This document shows positions 13,447-24,403 of a DNA stretch of 64,000 nt, piece after piece. Position 1 is the stretch's first letter. Each line of letters starts with the position of its first letter. Origin of the DNA: Azolla caroliniana. Taxonomy: Eukaryota > Plantae > Polypodiophyta. Made by a program: the position numbers and the translations under genes. The stretch lies in the NCBI GenBank assembly GCA_043228905.1, contig JBHGNT010000002.1, positions 11,718,001 to 11,782,000 on the forward strand. The letters run 5' to 3'. A model generated the notes under the pieces. The model ran no database searches, had not been told where the DNA came from, and saw nothing but the letters and a program-made list of their open reading frames with translations.

Positions 13447-13520
13447 GAATTGGTCGCTCGTTGGACGAAGGCACATGGTCCTGTACCATGGATCTAGGGG
13501 TTCGATCCCCCATCAATTCA
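13447..13520 (+). tRNA. trnR: Plastid trnR(CCG)-derived tRNA pseudogene; the anticodon now reads CTG
   Basis: Cloverleaf with acceptor GAATTGG/TCAATTC, anticodon arm CATGG-TCCTGTA-CCATG and T arm GGGGTTCGATCCCC. It lies between rbcL and accD, the known trnR-CCG position in non-angiosperm plastomes. Confidence 0.75.
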
Positions 13521-13848
13521 AACTCAAAAGTAGAGGGCAGGGCGAGGACAGGTTGATTAGATCGAATCAACGATTTACTGGATCAGTATTAAAAATGTTG
13601 TGACATATTGTACGACAATACGTTGTAGAATAAATCCTCCGACTGTCTTTTAGTTTGTTGGGCCATCAAACCCGTCAACAGCTTAAAAAATCCAGCTGGG
13701 AACTATGCCAATTAGATAATATTTAATGAAATTTGTTTGATGGTACATAAAATTATCCATTCAATTATTTTGTTGATGAGATAGGTGTAATCTAAACACC
13801 AAAAAAAATTCCTTGGGTTAGGGGTGAAAAGTAGACGAGGATAAATTT

Positions 13849-14055
13849 ATGTCTCTAACAGATTGGTTTGAAGATAGATGCAAATTCAGTGGGTTGATCA
13901 TCGGAGATTTTCTAGAAGACACTTCGGAGGATTCGAGTGAAAATGGAAAAGACAAGGAGAAAAAAATTAATATCAATACTCATAAGGGATTATGGGCCCG
14001 GTGTGACAATTGTGAGAATACACTTTATGTGAAATTTCTTAAACAGAATAAGAAC
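13849..14055 (+). pseudogene. accD: Plastid accD 5' fragment with a short, non-seed-plant-type N-terminus
   Basis: MSLTDWFEDRCKFSGLI...KGLWARCDNCENTLYVKFLKQNK; truncated where LTR sequence resumes. Confidence 0.92.
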
Positions 14056-16081
14056 TTTACATTATATAATAGTTGTCTTAGTGGTAAGGCAAACATCTTG
14101 TATCTTAGAGGTGCAAGGTTCAAACTTTGCTTGTACCCCTCTGTATGAACTCAAGTGTCACTAGGCCTTATGCTTATTTGCTAAGTGCATGTGTAATGTT
14201 GCACATCCTTGATTTATTCGTCTCACTCGGTTTCACACCGTAGCCGAAAATTGTCACAACATCCACCCTCACCAAACCTGCACATCCTCCGGTATGTGCC
14301 GAGAAAGGTGAAGAGGTGAGATCTTTGGCAACGGTGATCAACCGAGTTCCTCCGCATGCTCGTCTAACTTCATCTTCCATTTCGAGTATGCCCAATATTT
14401 TGAACCGAACCACCGTAGCCACCCAACCCAATCCACCATATCCGGTGCTCACACCTTCTTCCCCGGTCGGTTGTAGTAGATCTACCGAACGATGTCGTCG
14501 ATCCGACCACTCTTCCTTCGTCAACCACGCGTATCCTTTGATTGGACTCGTGGTCACTCCTTGAGCTCACCGTCTTCAACTGGGTGTTGTGGATCGTTCG
14601 TGTCGATCTCCGATTAGGCCGGGTTTGCCCTTGTCCGGATCGGTTTCTGCCGATCGCTTCTTGGCTCGGTTGGCCTTTGTCTGCATTCGCATTTCGCCAA
14701 GTCGGGCTCGACCGATTGATTCCGGCCTGGTCAGCCCCCTTTTGGATCGGGATCGTTCGATCAATTTCCGCTGAATCAGTGTCTTCCTCATCGCCCTTCC
14801 AGTCCTCCGCTTTTTCGTCAACACATTCTGTCTCTCCAGTCTCACGTTGGCGCACGTGCGCAACCGCCGAAGTCTCTAGAATAGATGTGGGGATATCCTT
14901 TCGTCCTCGATCTTCTTCCTCCTTTTGTTGGGCCTTCGTCTTCGCGTCACCACCTTCTGTCTCTCCGGTCTCACGTTGGCACACGGGCGCAACCGCCGAA
15001 GTCTTTGGAACAAGTGTGGAGAAAGTCTCGACATGGCTATCCGCCGTCGACTCGTCCATAGCCATCTCCAAGTCGATGTCGTTTGTCATGGCTACCTCCT
15101 CAATCACGTCAGACTCAAACACTTTATCTCCCTCGATCATGCAAGCTTTTCTCATGCTTGCACCTTCATCACCCGATGTTTCGTACACAATGCATGTTCC
15201 GAAACATTTATCCTCCCTCGAAGTGGCGTTCGCCGTGCTCGAGTCATCGGCCTCCTCCTTGGCCATTGTTTCTTTGTAAGACAAGAAGGTGACTTGTTTC
15301 GCACCTTCTCTCTCGGTACTGTCATACCGAACTTGAGCCTTTGTATCGACCACTTCATTAACCCACATTTGTTGGGAGGTCTCTTCTTCCTCGATCACCA
15401 TTCGCCTCGGTTTTGTCTCCCTTCTAAGCTTCATTTCTTTCGTTGGTGGCGCATTGCTACATCTCGTCCCTCTTCGATCATCCCTCATGGGTTGTCTTGT
15501 TGTCATCGATATTCTCACTCACCCCTTATCGTGTAGTCGACATACACTTTCCACTTTGCTCCAATCCTTGATGAGGCCATTTGCACCGTTATCTTCTTCG
15601 AGTTTGAGGCCAATGGCCATCCTTTCCATTCGATCGATTGACTTCACGAACATAAGGACCTTATCGAACCCCACCAATCGTTGTTTCTGCTCCGAGAGTT
15701 GAGAAAAACGATGCTCAAAGTCTACGCACCTTGGTGGGTCTTCGCCGATGTCACCCATTGGTCAAAATTGCGTCGATCTCGTTCCTTCAGTCTCTCATAG
15801 CCATATTCCTCCAATAGAGCCTTCTCAAAAGTCGCCCACGAATCATGAGCTTCTATAAGCTCTTTTACATCTTTGAAGATCGGTTGAGACACCACCCGAC
15901 AAAAGTGCTCTAGCCTCATAGCTTCGTCCACACCTCTTGAATTCATCTCCGCATTGTAGACTTTTAGAAAATTTTGGACTTCGGCGCCGTTGAAATAACT
16001 CACTCGCTTGACTACCCTCTCAATGGCTTGTTGGGCTTCATTTCATCTTTTCCCTTCTCTCAGAAACTCCATCATCCTTTT

Positions 16082-19000
16082 TGTAGAAAGTAGCGTGCGG
16101 AAGCAGGTATGAAGACAGAACAGAGGAAGGAAACACAGGTTCAATGGAGAGCTTGGGCTTACACGGTATACGCGGGAGAGACAGAGAGAGTAGACACAAA
16201 GAAAACTATATTCAATAATAATACTCAGTCTGTACATAAGACGTGCTCAGTGAGCACTTTTATACAAGTCCTAGAAGGATTGACCGAAGTACTGACAATA
16301 CTTCAATGCTCATCAAGAGCTCCTACACTAACTCCCAAATATATTCCTCACGGAATATCTTTCCTAACGACCTCCCGGTTTATGCACTCGGCCTAACCGA
16401 TTGGTCCCAACCGATCCGGTCCTCAGCTTCTTCAGCCGATCCGGCCGATGTTGAGCTTGTCTCTCAACACTCCCCCTCAAGCTCAATTCGAGGCTCTTCG
16501 GGATCCTCGGGCTCACGGCTCCGGTTCCTCCTGGCTTCACGCCTCGCTCACGCTCCTCGACCTGTTCGTCTCCGCATGCTTCGACCCTTCCGGTCGGCTT
16601 GTATGCTCATGCGGCCCTTATAAGCTCTTCTGTTGTTGCGGTGTCGACGCTTCTCCTGCTACCTTTTCTTCCGCTTGGGCCTCAGTTGATTCAGCGTATC
16701 TGAATCAAACATCCGAACCGACTCGGCTGCCTCCGATCGGTTTTCGCTCTCGTCCGAGTTGGCTGTCTCCAACTCGTCTTCGGTCTTCTCGCCCTCGATG
16801 GCGTCATCTCCCCTATGCGTGGTTGGCTTCAGCTCTCTCCTTCGGCTAGTCCCCTTCTGTTCGCTTCCGAACTTTTCCACGGGTCCGCCCTCGGCTTCTT
16901 CAACCGATCCGAAGTCGAACTTGTCAACCGACTCGGTGCCGCGGTCTCCGCTCCTTTCCTGTTGCCTTGCTTGGTCGTTCGGGACTGTTCTCCCCCTCAA
17001 GTTCGGCACGTCAAGGTGATGCAATCCGAGTGCACCTGAGAATTGCCGCAACTTGTCCAGACCAAGAGGCTTGGTGAAGATGTCGGCAGCCTACCGATCC
17101 GACGGAACGTACTGAAGTTCGACTTCACCGGAAAGGACACGCTCACGGACGAAATGGTAGTGCACCTCAATGTGCTTGGTCCGTGCGTGGAAGACGGGGT
17201 TCTTCGCGAGTTGGATGTTGTTGAGGTTGTCGCAGTAGATCGTCGTTGGATCGGACACCTCCTCTTGCAGGTCCTTAAGTAGCCGCTTCAACCATATGGC
17301 TTCGCATGTCGCGACAGCCGCTCCTCGGTACTCCGCTTCGGTGCTCGATAGTGCAACTATCGGCTGCTTCTTACTGCTCCACGCAATCGCGGCACTCCCG
17401 AGGGAGAACGTGTATCCAGACGTGGATCGGCGATCGGCAGCGTTGCCAGCCCAATCAGCATCGGTGTAGCCGACTAACTGCACGGCTGCACCGGTCCGAT
17501 ATAGCTGTCCTCGGTCCTTAGTGCCACTTACGTACCGTAGTACGCGTTGCGCACACTGAAGGTGCTCCTCGGTAGGTCGCGCCATGAACTGACTGATCAC
17601 TCCAACCGGATAACTGAGGTCGGGTCGGGTGAAGGTCAAGTATATGAGGCTTCCGACAATTTGTCGGAACCTCGTCGGGTCGCATACCTTTCCCGTATCG
17701 GGACGAAGCTTGACGGTTCTGTCCAGAGGAGTCGAGACGGTCTTATAGTCGGCCATCCCGAATTTGAAGCGCATACTCAGCACATAGTGACGTTGGTTGA
17801 TCAATATGCCTTCGGGGGTACGGATCACTTCGATCCCGAGGAAGTAATGAAGGTCCCCCAGATCCTTCATGTCGAACAATGCCGCAACCTAGAGCTTCAC
17901 GCGGTCGATTTCACCTAGGTCGGCGCCGGTGATGACCAAGTCATCAACATATAGTAAAATACTAACCGGTCCGAGTCGACCTTTCCGGATGAACAGGGAA
18001 GAGTCCGATTTTGACGTGACGAAGCCCATCCGACGCAGTTGTTGTGTGATCTTCGCGTTCCAGGCACGCGGGGCTTGCATCAGTCCGTAAAGGGACTTCT
18101 TCAGTCGGCATACTGCCGAGCAGTTCGTTCCGGAGTGAAATCCGGGGGGTTGTACCATGTACACTTGTTCCTCAAGGTCACCTTGTAGGAACGCATTCTT
18201 TACATCCATTTGATGTAAGTGCCACCCCTTGGCTACGGCTACTGCGAGCAAAACATGGACGGTCGTCATTTTTGCGACCGGCGCAAACGTCTCATCGTAG
18301 TCGATGCCGTGTTTCTGCGATAGCCCCTTGCCACTAGTCGAGCCTTGTACCGGTTGACCGAGCCATCGGTGTTGTACTTGACCTTGTACACCCACCTACA
18401 CCCGATCGGTTTTACCCCTTTTGGTGCGTCAACCAGGTCCCAGGTCTCGTTCTCTGCCAATGCGTGCATCTCTTCCTCCATCGCGGCATGCCAATTCGCG
18501 TCTTTAGCCGCTTCTGCATAGCTCTCCGGCTCACGCACTTCCACTACACGGGTCATGTACGCATAGTGATGCGCCATGTACTCGTTATATCCGAACCGCA
18601 AAACAAGATTCTTCTGGCGGGTAGATCGGCGTAATCTCACATCAGCCGATGTCGAGACCTTCTCGGTCGACGCGGACTTCATCTTTAAAGACCTATCACC
18701 GGTTCCCTCGGAGTCGGACTCGCGTCGGTCTGACTCGTTCCTTTCCGTGCCGGAATCCGACACCTTCTTCTTCCCTTTCTCTTTGCGCGTAAGCCGTCTC
18801 CTCGGCTTCCTGCGTGGGGAATGCACGGCCGAGTCTCCACTACTCGCCGGCTCTTCATCGAACTGGTCGTACCGACTCAGTCGTCCAATTGGTCCACTTA
18901 ACCGGAGTGAAATCGGACTCTCTTCGCGGGTCTCGATTTCGGGCTCATCCGAAGGCATCTCGGCCTCGCTGACCTCATCGTCAGAGCTCGGATTGGAGTC

Positions 19001-21749
19001 GGGGTTCCGAGTCGGGGGCAGGTACCAGGACGCGGACTCGTCAAACACAACGTCGCGACTGACACGTGCTTGTTTGGTGCGAGGGTTATAGCACTTATAA
19101 CCCTTCTGCTCGTCCGAGTAACCGACCAAGATGCACTTCTCGGCCTTTGCGTCCAGCTTCCTCCTTTTCTCCTTCGGTACATGCACATACGCAATGCTAC
19201 CGAACACCCTCAAGTGTCGCAAGTTCGGCTTCGTTCCGAAATATAACTCGTGCACCGACACTTTGTCTCCGATCCGGTTCTGGATGTATATCGCGGTCCT
19301 TACCGCCTTGGCCCAGTAGAACTTGGGCAAGCTCTTCTCCTCCAGCATTGCCCGTGCCGCTTCCACAATTGACCGATTCTTCCTCTCGGCCACGCCATTC
19401 TGCTCTAGCGTGTATCTACAACTGAATTCGCGCTGAATTCTCATTTGTTGTAGATAACCGTTGAATTGACCGGAAAAGTACTCTTTCCCGCCATCCGACC
19501 GCAGGCACCTGATCTTCCGTCCCGTTTCCATTTCCATGAACCCTTTGAGGTCACAGAAACAGTCGAAGACTTCGCTCTTCCTCTCAATGAGGTAGATCCA
19601 CGTGTGTCGCGTGTGGTCGTCGATGAAGGAGACGAAATATCGGCTCCCGCCAAGACTAACATTTTGTGCCGGCCCCCACACATCCGAGTGTATAAGGTCG
19701 AGCTTGTTCCGGCTACGGTTTCGCTCGTTGGGGAAAGGAAGTCGGTGTTGCTTCCCGAGCTGGCAGGCTTCACAAATTTGTGCCTTTCGGCCACTAAACT
19801 GGGGCAATCCGAACAGTACCTGTTTCGTTTGCAGATCTTAAAGCCGCTGGTAGTTGACGTGGCCTATCCGCTTGTGCCACAAGTCGATGTCCGACTCGGT
19901 CTTTTGTCCCTTTGCGAACATTGCGGTGCCGCCGTCAGTGGAATCGAGGATGAACATCCTCCCGTCTCTGCGCCCTTGCGCAATTACACGGCCTTCTTCC
20001 TCAATGAAGCACCCGAGGTGTGTAAACCGAACCTCCATCCCTTGGTCGACAATCTGTCCGACCGAGACCAAGTTCTTCGTGATTGTTGGAATGTGCAGCA
20101 CATTCTTGAGTTTCCCTTTCTGCCCGACATGGCTAAGGGGAACTTCTCCGACATTCGCAATCGGATGCGGAGTGTCGTCTCCTGTTGCGACTACTCCCGG
20201 TTGTATCGGTTTTTCAAGGTACGAGAACCACTCCTTATGGCTCGTCATGTGGTTTGACGCACCGGAGTCTACGTACCACACCTCGTCCGATCTCGGGGTG
20301 CTCTGTTTCATTGAGTTTGCTTCGTGTCTCATCACGAAGACAGACCCTTCTCCAACTCTCCCGGAGTCTTTGGCATAGTGTGATCGCTGCCGATTTCCCT
20401 TGTCGGTATGTCTAGAGCTATTTCCGGAACCAATTCTCTCCAAATCGGCGCGCTTCTTCCAGCACTCGCTTTCCCTGTGGCCTTTCTTGCCACAGTACCA
20501 GCACTCTGCGATGGGCTTCCCTTGCCGGTTCTCATCGCTTCGACTCCCCCTGTTTCTGGAGGGTCTGGAGTTGCTGTCGGCATCACTTCAGTGCCATCTT
20601 CCTTGATCTCGTCGGCCACCTCCATTGCGCGCCGGCTCGCCTCGTCCTCCACGTCCACGAGGCCTATCTCCCTCCGTGTAAAGCATTCTGTTGTCGGTGT
20701 GCGTGCTCGTTGACGCACCCGCGTGGTTCTCCTCTACCAGGAGCATCGATTGTAAGTTGAAAAAGGACGGCGTATTCTCCCAGGTACACACAGCCGTTCG
20801 GAACGCTCCGAACTTCAACGCCAAACCTCCGAGACAGATCTGGACCATCTCGCTCTCCTCGATGTTCACCTCTATGGAGGCGAGGGAGTCGCAGATATCC
20901 TTGATCTTCGAGGTATAGTCCGCCACTGACAAGTCGCGTTGTCGTAGGTTGCTCAACTCCTGTCGGAGCTGAAGCTTCCTGGTTGTGGTGCTCGTGGCGA
21001 AAATCTTCTTCAGATTTTCCCACACACCCTTCGGCGTCTTTGCATCCCGAACATAGCTCAATAGTTGTTCGCCCACACACGACGCGAAGCAATACAACAC
21101 CCTGCTCGCCGATTACTCCCACGACGGGAAGTCTCTGTGTGTCTATTCGGGTGCCGCGTCATTAGCTCCTTAGACATAACTCCAGTAGCCATGCCCGAGC
21201 AGGTACTGGTGCATCTTGTAGGACCAAGACGCGTAGTTGGTTCTGTCAAGATTCTCTGTTGGAAGCGAGCTCTCCATGCCTCTATCCATCGTTCTTCTTG
21301 TTCTTCTTCGTCAAGTTGTGTCGGCTGCAGAGAGGTTCTCAACCCTCGCGCTCTGATACCATGTAGAAAGTAGCGTGCAAAAGCAGGTATGAAGACAGAA
21401 CAGAGGAAGGAAACACAGGTTCAATGGAGAGCTTGGGCTTACACGGTATACGCGGGAGAGACAGAGAGAGTAGACACAAAGAAAACTATATTCAACAATA
21501 ATACTCAGTCTGTACATAAGACGTGCTCAGTGAGCACTTTTATACAAGTCCTAGAAGGACTGACCGAAGTACTGACAATACTTCAATGCTCATCAAGAGC
21601 TCCTACACTAACTCCCAAATATATTCCTCACGGAATATCTTTCCTAACGGCCTCCTGGTTTATGCACTCGGCCTAACCGATCGGTCCCAACTGATCCGGT
21701 CCTCAGCTTCTTCAGCCGATCCGGCTGATGTTGAGCTTGTCTCTCAACA
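16082..21749 (-). mobile_element. Element D: full-length copia of a second family, inserted at the start of the X1 gag
   Basis: 388-bp LTRs at 16082-16469 and 21362-21749. TSD CTTTT/CTTTT. iMet PBS at 21350-21361. ORFs 20588-21100 (gag), 19838-20443 (PR), 18266-19807 (INT), 17091-18395 (RT/RNase H). Confidence 0.96.
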
Positions 21750-22276
21750 CTTTTTAACATTGCCTCCATGAGATATTCGCCATCCATCTTCGTCCTCCCC
21801 TGCTGCTCTTCACATCGGGTTCACCAAATGATGTCGCGAAGATTTGTGCGTGTGTGTGCTACTTGAGCGACCAATGGGGTCTTGGACTGGGGAGGACGTT
21901 CGCGGAATTATCGAAGAGATGACGATCAATGTAAGATTGGATGAAATTTGTTCATTTGAGAAGAAGAAAGATTGTACAGTTGAGAAGTAGAAAAATATGA
22001 AGCAGATAAAGACGAATATAATTATATTGATGATAGTGGTGTTGGTGATATCACATATTGAGCCCCCCTTTACACAAGCTCCACTAGGGTTTTTATAGCT
22101 CTCTTCATGCACAAAACCATGGGTTTAGAACCATGGTTTTGGGGACTCGGTTTTGCTTATGACATGCACAATCCATGGGTTTAGAACCATGGTTTTGTGC
22201 ACATGGTTTTCTATGGTTGTTTCGTCTATAATTCGTATATGAAAAGGAAATACATAAATTTATATTATATGATAGT

Positions 22277-22340
22277 TGTCCTAGTGGTAAGGCAAACATC
22301 TTGTATCTTAGAGGTGCAAGGTTCAAACCTTGCTTGCACC
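22277..22340 (+). promoter_or_regulatory. tRNA-like Pol III A-box/B-box cassette in the X LTR. Also at 14072-14140 (+), 28100-28170 (-) and 30973-31043 (-)
   Basis: TGTCCTAGTGGTAAGG-N27-GGTTCAAACC, with a T-arm-like hairpin GCAAGG/CCTTGC. Confidence 0.6.
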
Positions 22341-24278
22341 CCTCTGTATGAACTCAAGTGTCACTAGGCTTTAGGCTTATTTGCTAAGTGCATGTGTAAT
22401 GTTGCACATCCTTGGTTTATTCGTCTCACTCGGTTTCACACCGTAGTCGAAAATTGTCATGACAATGTGGTCCTCACTGGAGAAAAAATGGGAGTTGTCC
22501 CCAAAACGTGAGTGGGAGCAACCATTGAGACGGTCCTCACCGGAGTAGGCGGCCAAACAAATGGTGGAGCATTGGCTCGGAGACGGGTGGACGTAATACC
22601 TTGTGAGTGAAAATTGGAGGTGAAATTGATGGAGCGAGATCACCAATCCACAACTGGATTATGAGTTTCGAGCCATGATAACCCCAAGATGATAGGATGT
22701 CGAGGTGATGTGATGAGGTTAAAAGTGATTTCTTCCTGGTGGGCTCCTATGTGGAGACCCAAGGGAATTGTTGTATTTGTGATGGCACCAGAAGAGAGCG
22801 TTCGACCGTCGATCACTTCAACTGGAATCGGGACGGTTAATTGTTGCTTGGAATGTTGTGTTTCCGTGCAAACATGATGTCAATAAAGCACGATGTAGCC
22901 CCAGAATCCAACAAAGCTTTTGTCTTCAGAGTTGTAGAGCCAAACTGAAGAGTGATTGGAATCCTGAAACTTGTTGTCAAGGAAGTCGGTTGATTGGGCC
23001 CTTGACATAATTGTCGACTCTTGTGGTCCAGATGCACAGCCCCTACTGCAACTGGACATTGGAGTTTTCTTGTTGACCGAAAATGTCAACCCCATCCACA
23101 CGATGTGGTGTTTGACGGGGTCCCTTTTTTGGGCAAGAGCGGATCAAATGGTCAGGACCGCCACAATAGAGACATAAATTGTTGGCCCGTCGATGTTGTC
23201 GTTGCGCATTAGTCAATGGTCGATAGCAAATTCGATCGATCTCCATTGGCGAGCTAGAATTTGTGGCAGGAGTTGAAGATGAAGTGGAGGATGACATGGG
23301 AGGTGGTGTTGTCAACAATGGTAGGTGACTTCGCGTGGCGGCTGCCAAGGTGGATGGATCCGGTGAGGACGTTCCTCTGGCCGGAACTCAAAGACATGGT
23401 TATCGCAACGCACAGCTTGGGAAATAGCCTCATTCAAAGATGTGGGCTCAAGAAAATTAAGTAAAAGATTTTTTATATCACCTCGTAATCCTCGACGGAA
23501 TTGATCAAGGAGGGCTGATGAAATTCGGATGCATAGATTGATGTTGCACGATCGCCTTGTTGTAACGCATATAGTTTGTTGAGTGCGGCTCGTCGTTTGT
23601 CGGTCTCACCAAAAGTTGCCTCAAATTTAGTAAGAAATGCTTGGAAGTCATTCAAGAGAGATGAAGAGAGAGGTCTCCACTAGAGGGGCAAACCAAGCTT
23701 GTGCTTGTCCTGTCAGCAACGTGTTGATGAGCCTAACTTGTCAAAAGTCATCAGAATAGTGTCGGGGCTGAAGATGAATAATAAGGCGGATTTGGTTGAT
23801 GAAACCTCTTAGCCGTGACCTTGTTCCATCGAATTTGTTTGGCAAGCTGACATTGAGTTCTATAGCATAAGGGTCAACAATTGGGTGAGGTATAACCGGT
23901 GTGGTTGCCTGAAGTTCTTGAACAGAGTTTCGCAAGTTCACATTTTCATGTTGGAGTTGTTGCACGACCACCAAAATTTGCTCAAGATTACTAGATGATT
24001 CTGACATGATAGTGTTGAGAAAGAAGGAAAGAAGGAAAGAAGGAGATCAATCTCTCACGGATGAACAATTGGGGGTAAAGAGATGGGGAAGTTGATGAGA
24101 TAGGGAGATCGAGAAGTTGATGACAATGAGTAAAAATATCTATTCCATGACTGGTGTTGATCTCCTTGATGTTAACAAGGGAGATCAACCCTTTTTATAC
24201 ATGTAGTGATGCATGATAAGCATGCTCATGCCAAGTCTTACATACTATAATATCAAGCATACTAATTCTTGCATGCCA

Positions 24279-24403
24279 AGTCTTACATATTGAGTCTTAC
24301 ATACTGGGTCTTACATATTGAGTCTTACATACTGAGTCTTAGATATTGGGTCTTACATATTGGGTCTTACATATTGGGTCTTACATACTAGGTCTTACAT
24401 ACC
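24279..24403. repeat. 14-bp tandem repeat (RGTCTTACATAYTG, about 9 copies) in the element A LTR
   Basis: Directly visible in the sequence. Confidence 0.9.

Larger units (their letters stand above)
1328..14055 (+). other. Chimeric organelle-DNA insertion (mitochondrial plus plastid) inside the X1 3' LTR, later invaded by copia B and C
   Basis: The LTR stops after ...GAAAAGGAAATA (1327) and resumes at TTTACATTATATAATAG (about 14056). About 6 bp are lost relative to the intact LTR at 22241-22280, and there is no TSD. The patch contains group II intron, rps14, rbcL, tRNA and accD sequence. Confidence 0.85.
907..22464 (-). mobile_element. Element X1: gag-only non-autonomous LTR retrotransposon with tRNA-Trp PBS, interrupted by the organelle patch and copia D
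   Basis: 5' LTR 21832-22464. 3' LTR split into 907-1327 and about 14056-14261. PBS 21809-21826; PPT 14262-14272. TSD ACGT (903-906) / ATGT (22465-22468). Gag pieces at 14370-16003 match the ORF at 28776-30290. Confidence 0.92.

Noticed and set aside
22277-22340. LTR cassettes as true tRNA genes
   Set aside because: They lack a proper acceptor stem and anticodon arm, and the T loop in X is 6 nt. They are reported only as A/B-box motifs.
23043-24007. Domesticated PEG10/RTL1-like gene
   Set aside because: The similarity reflects ordinary chromovirus Gag. It is broken by stops and lies within an LTR element.
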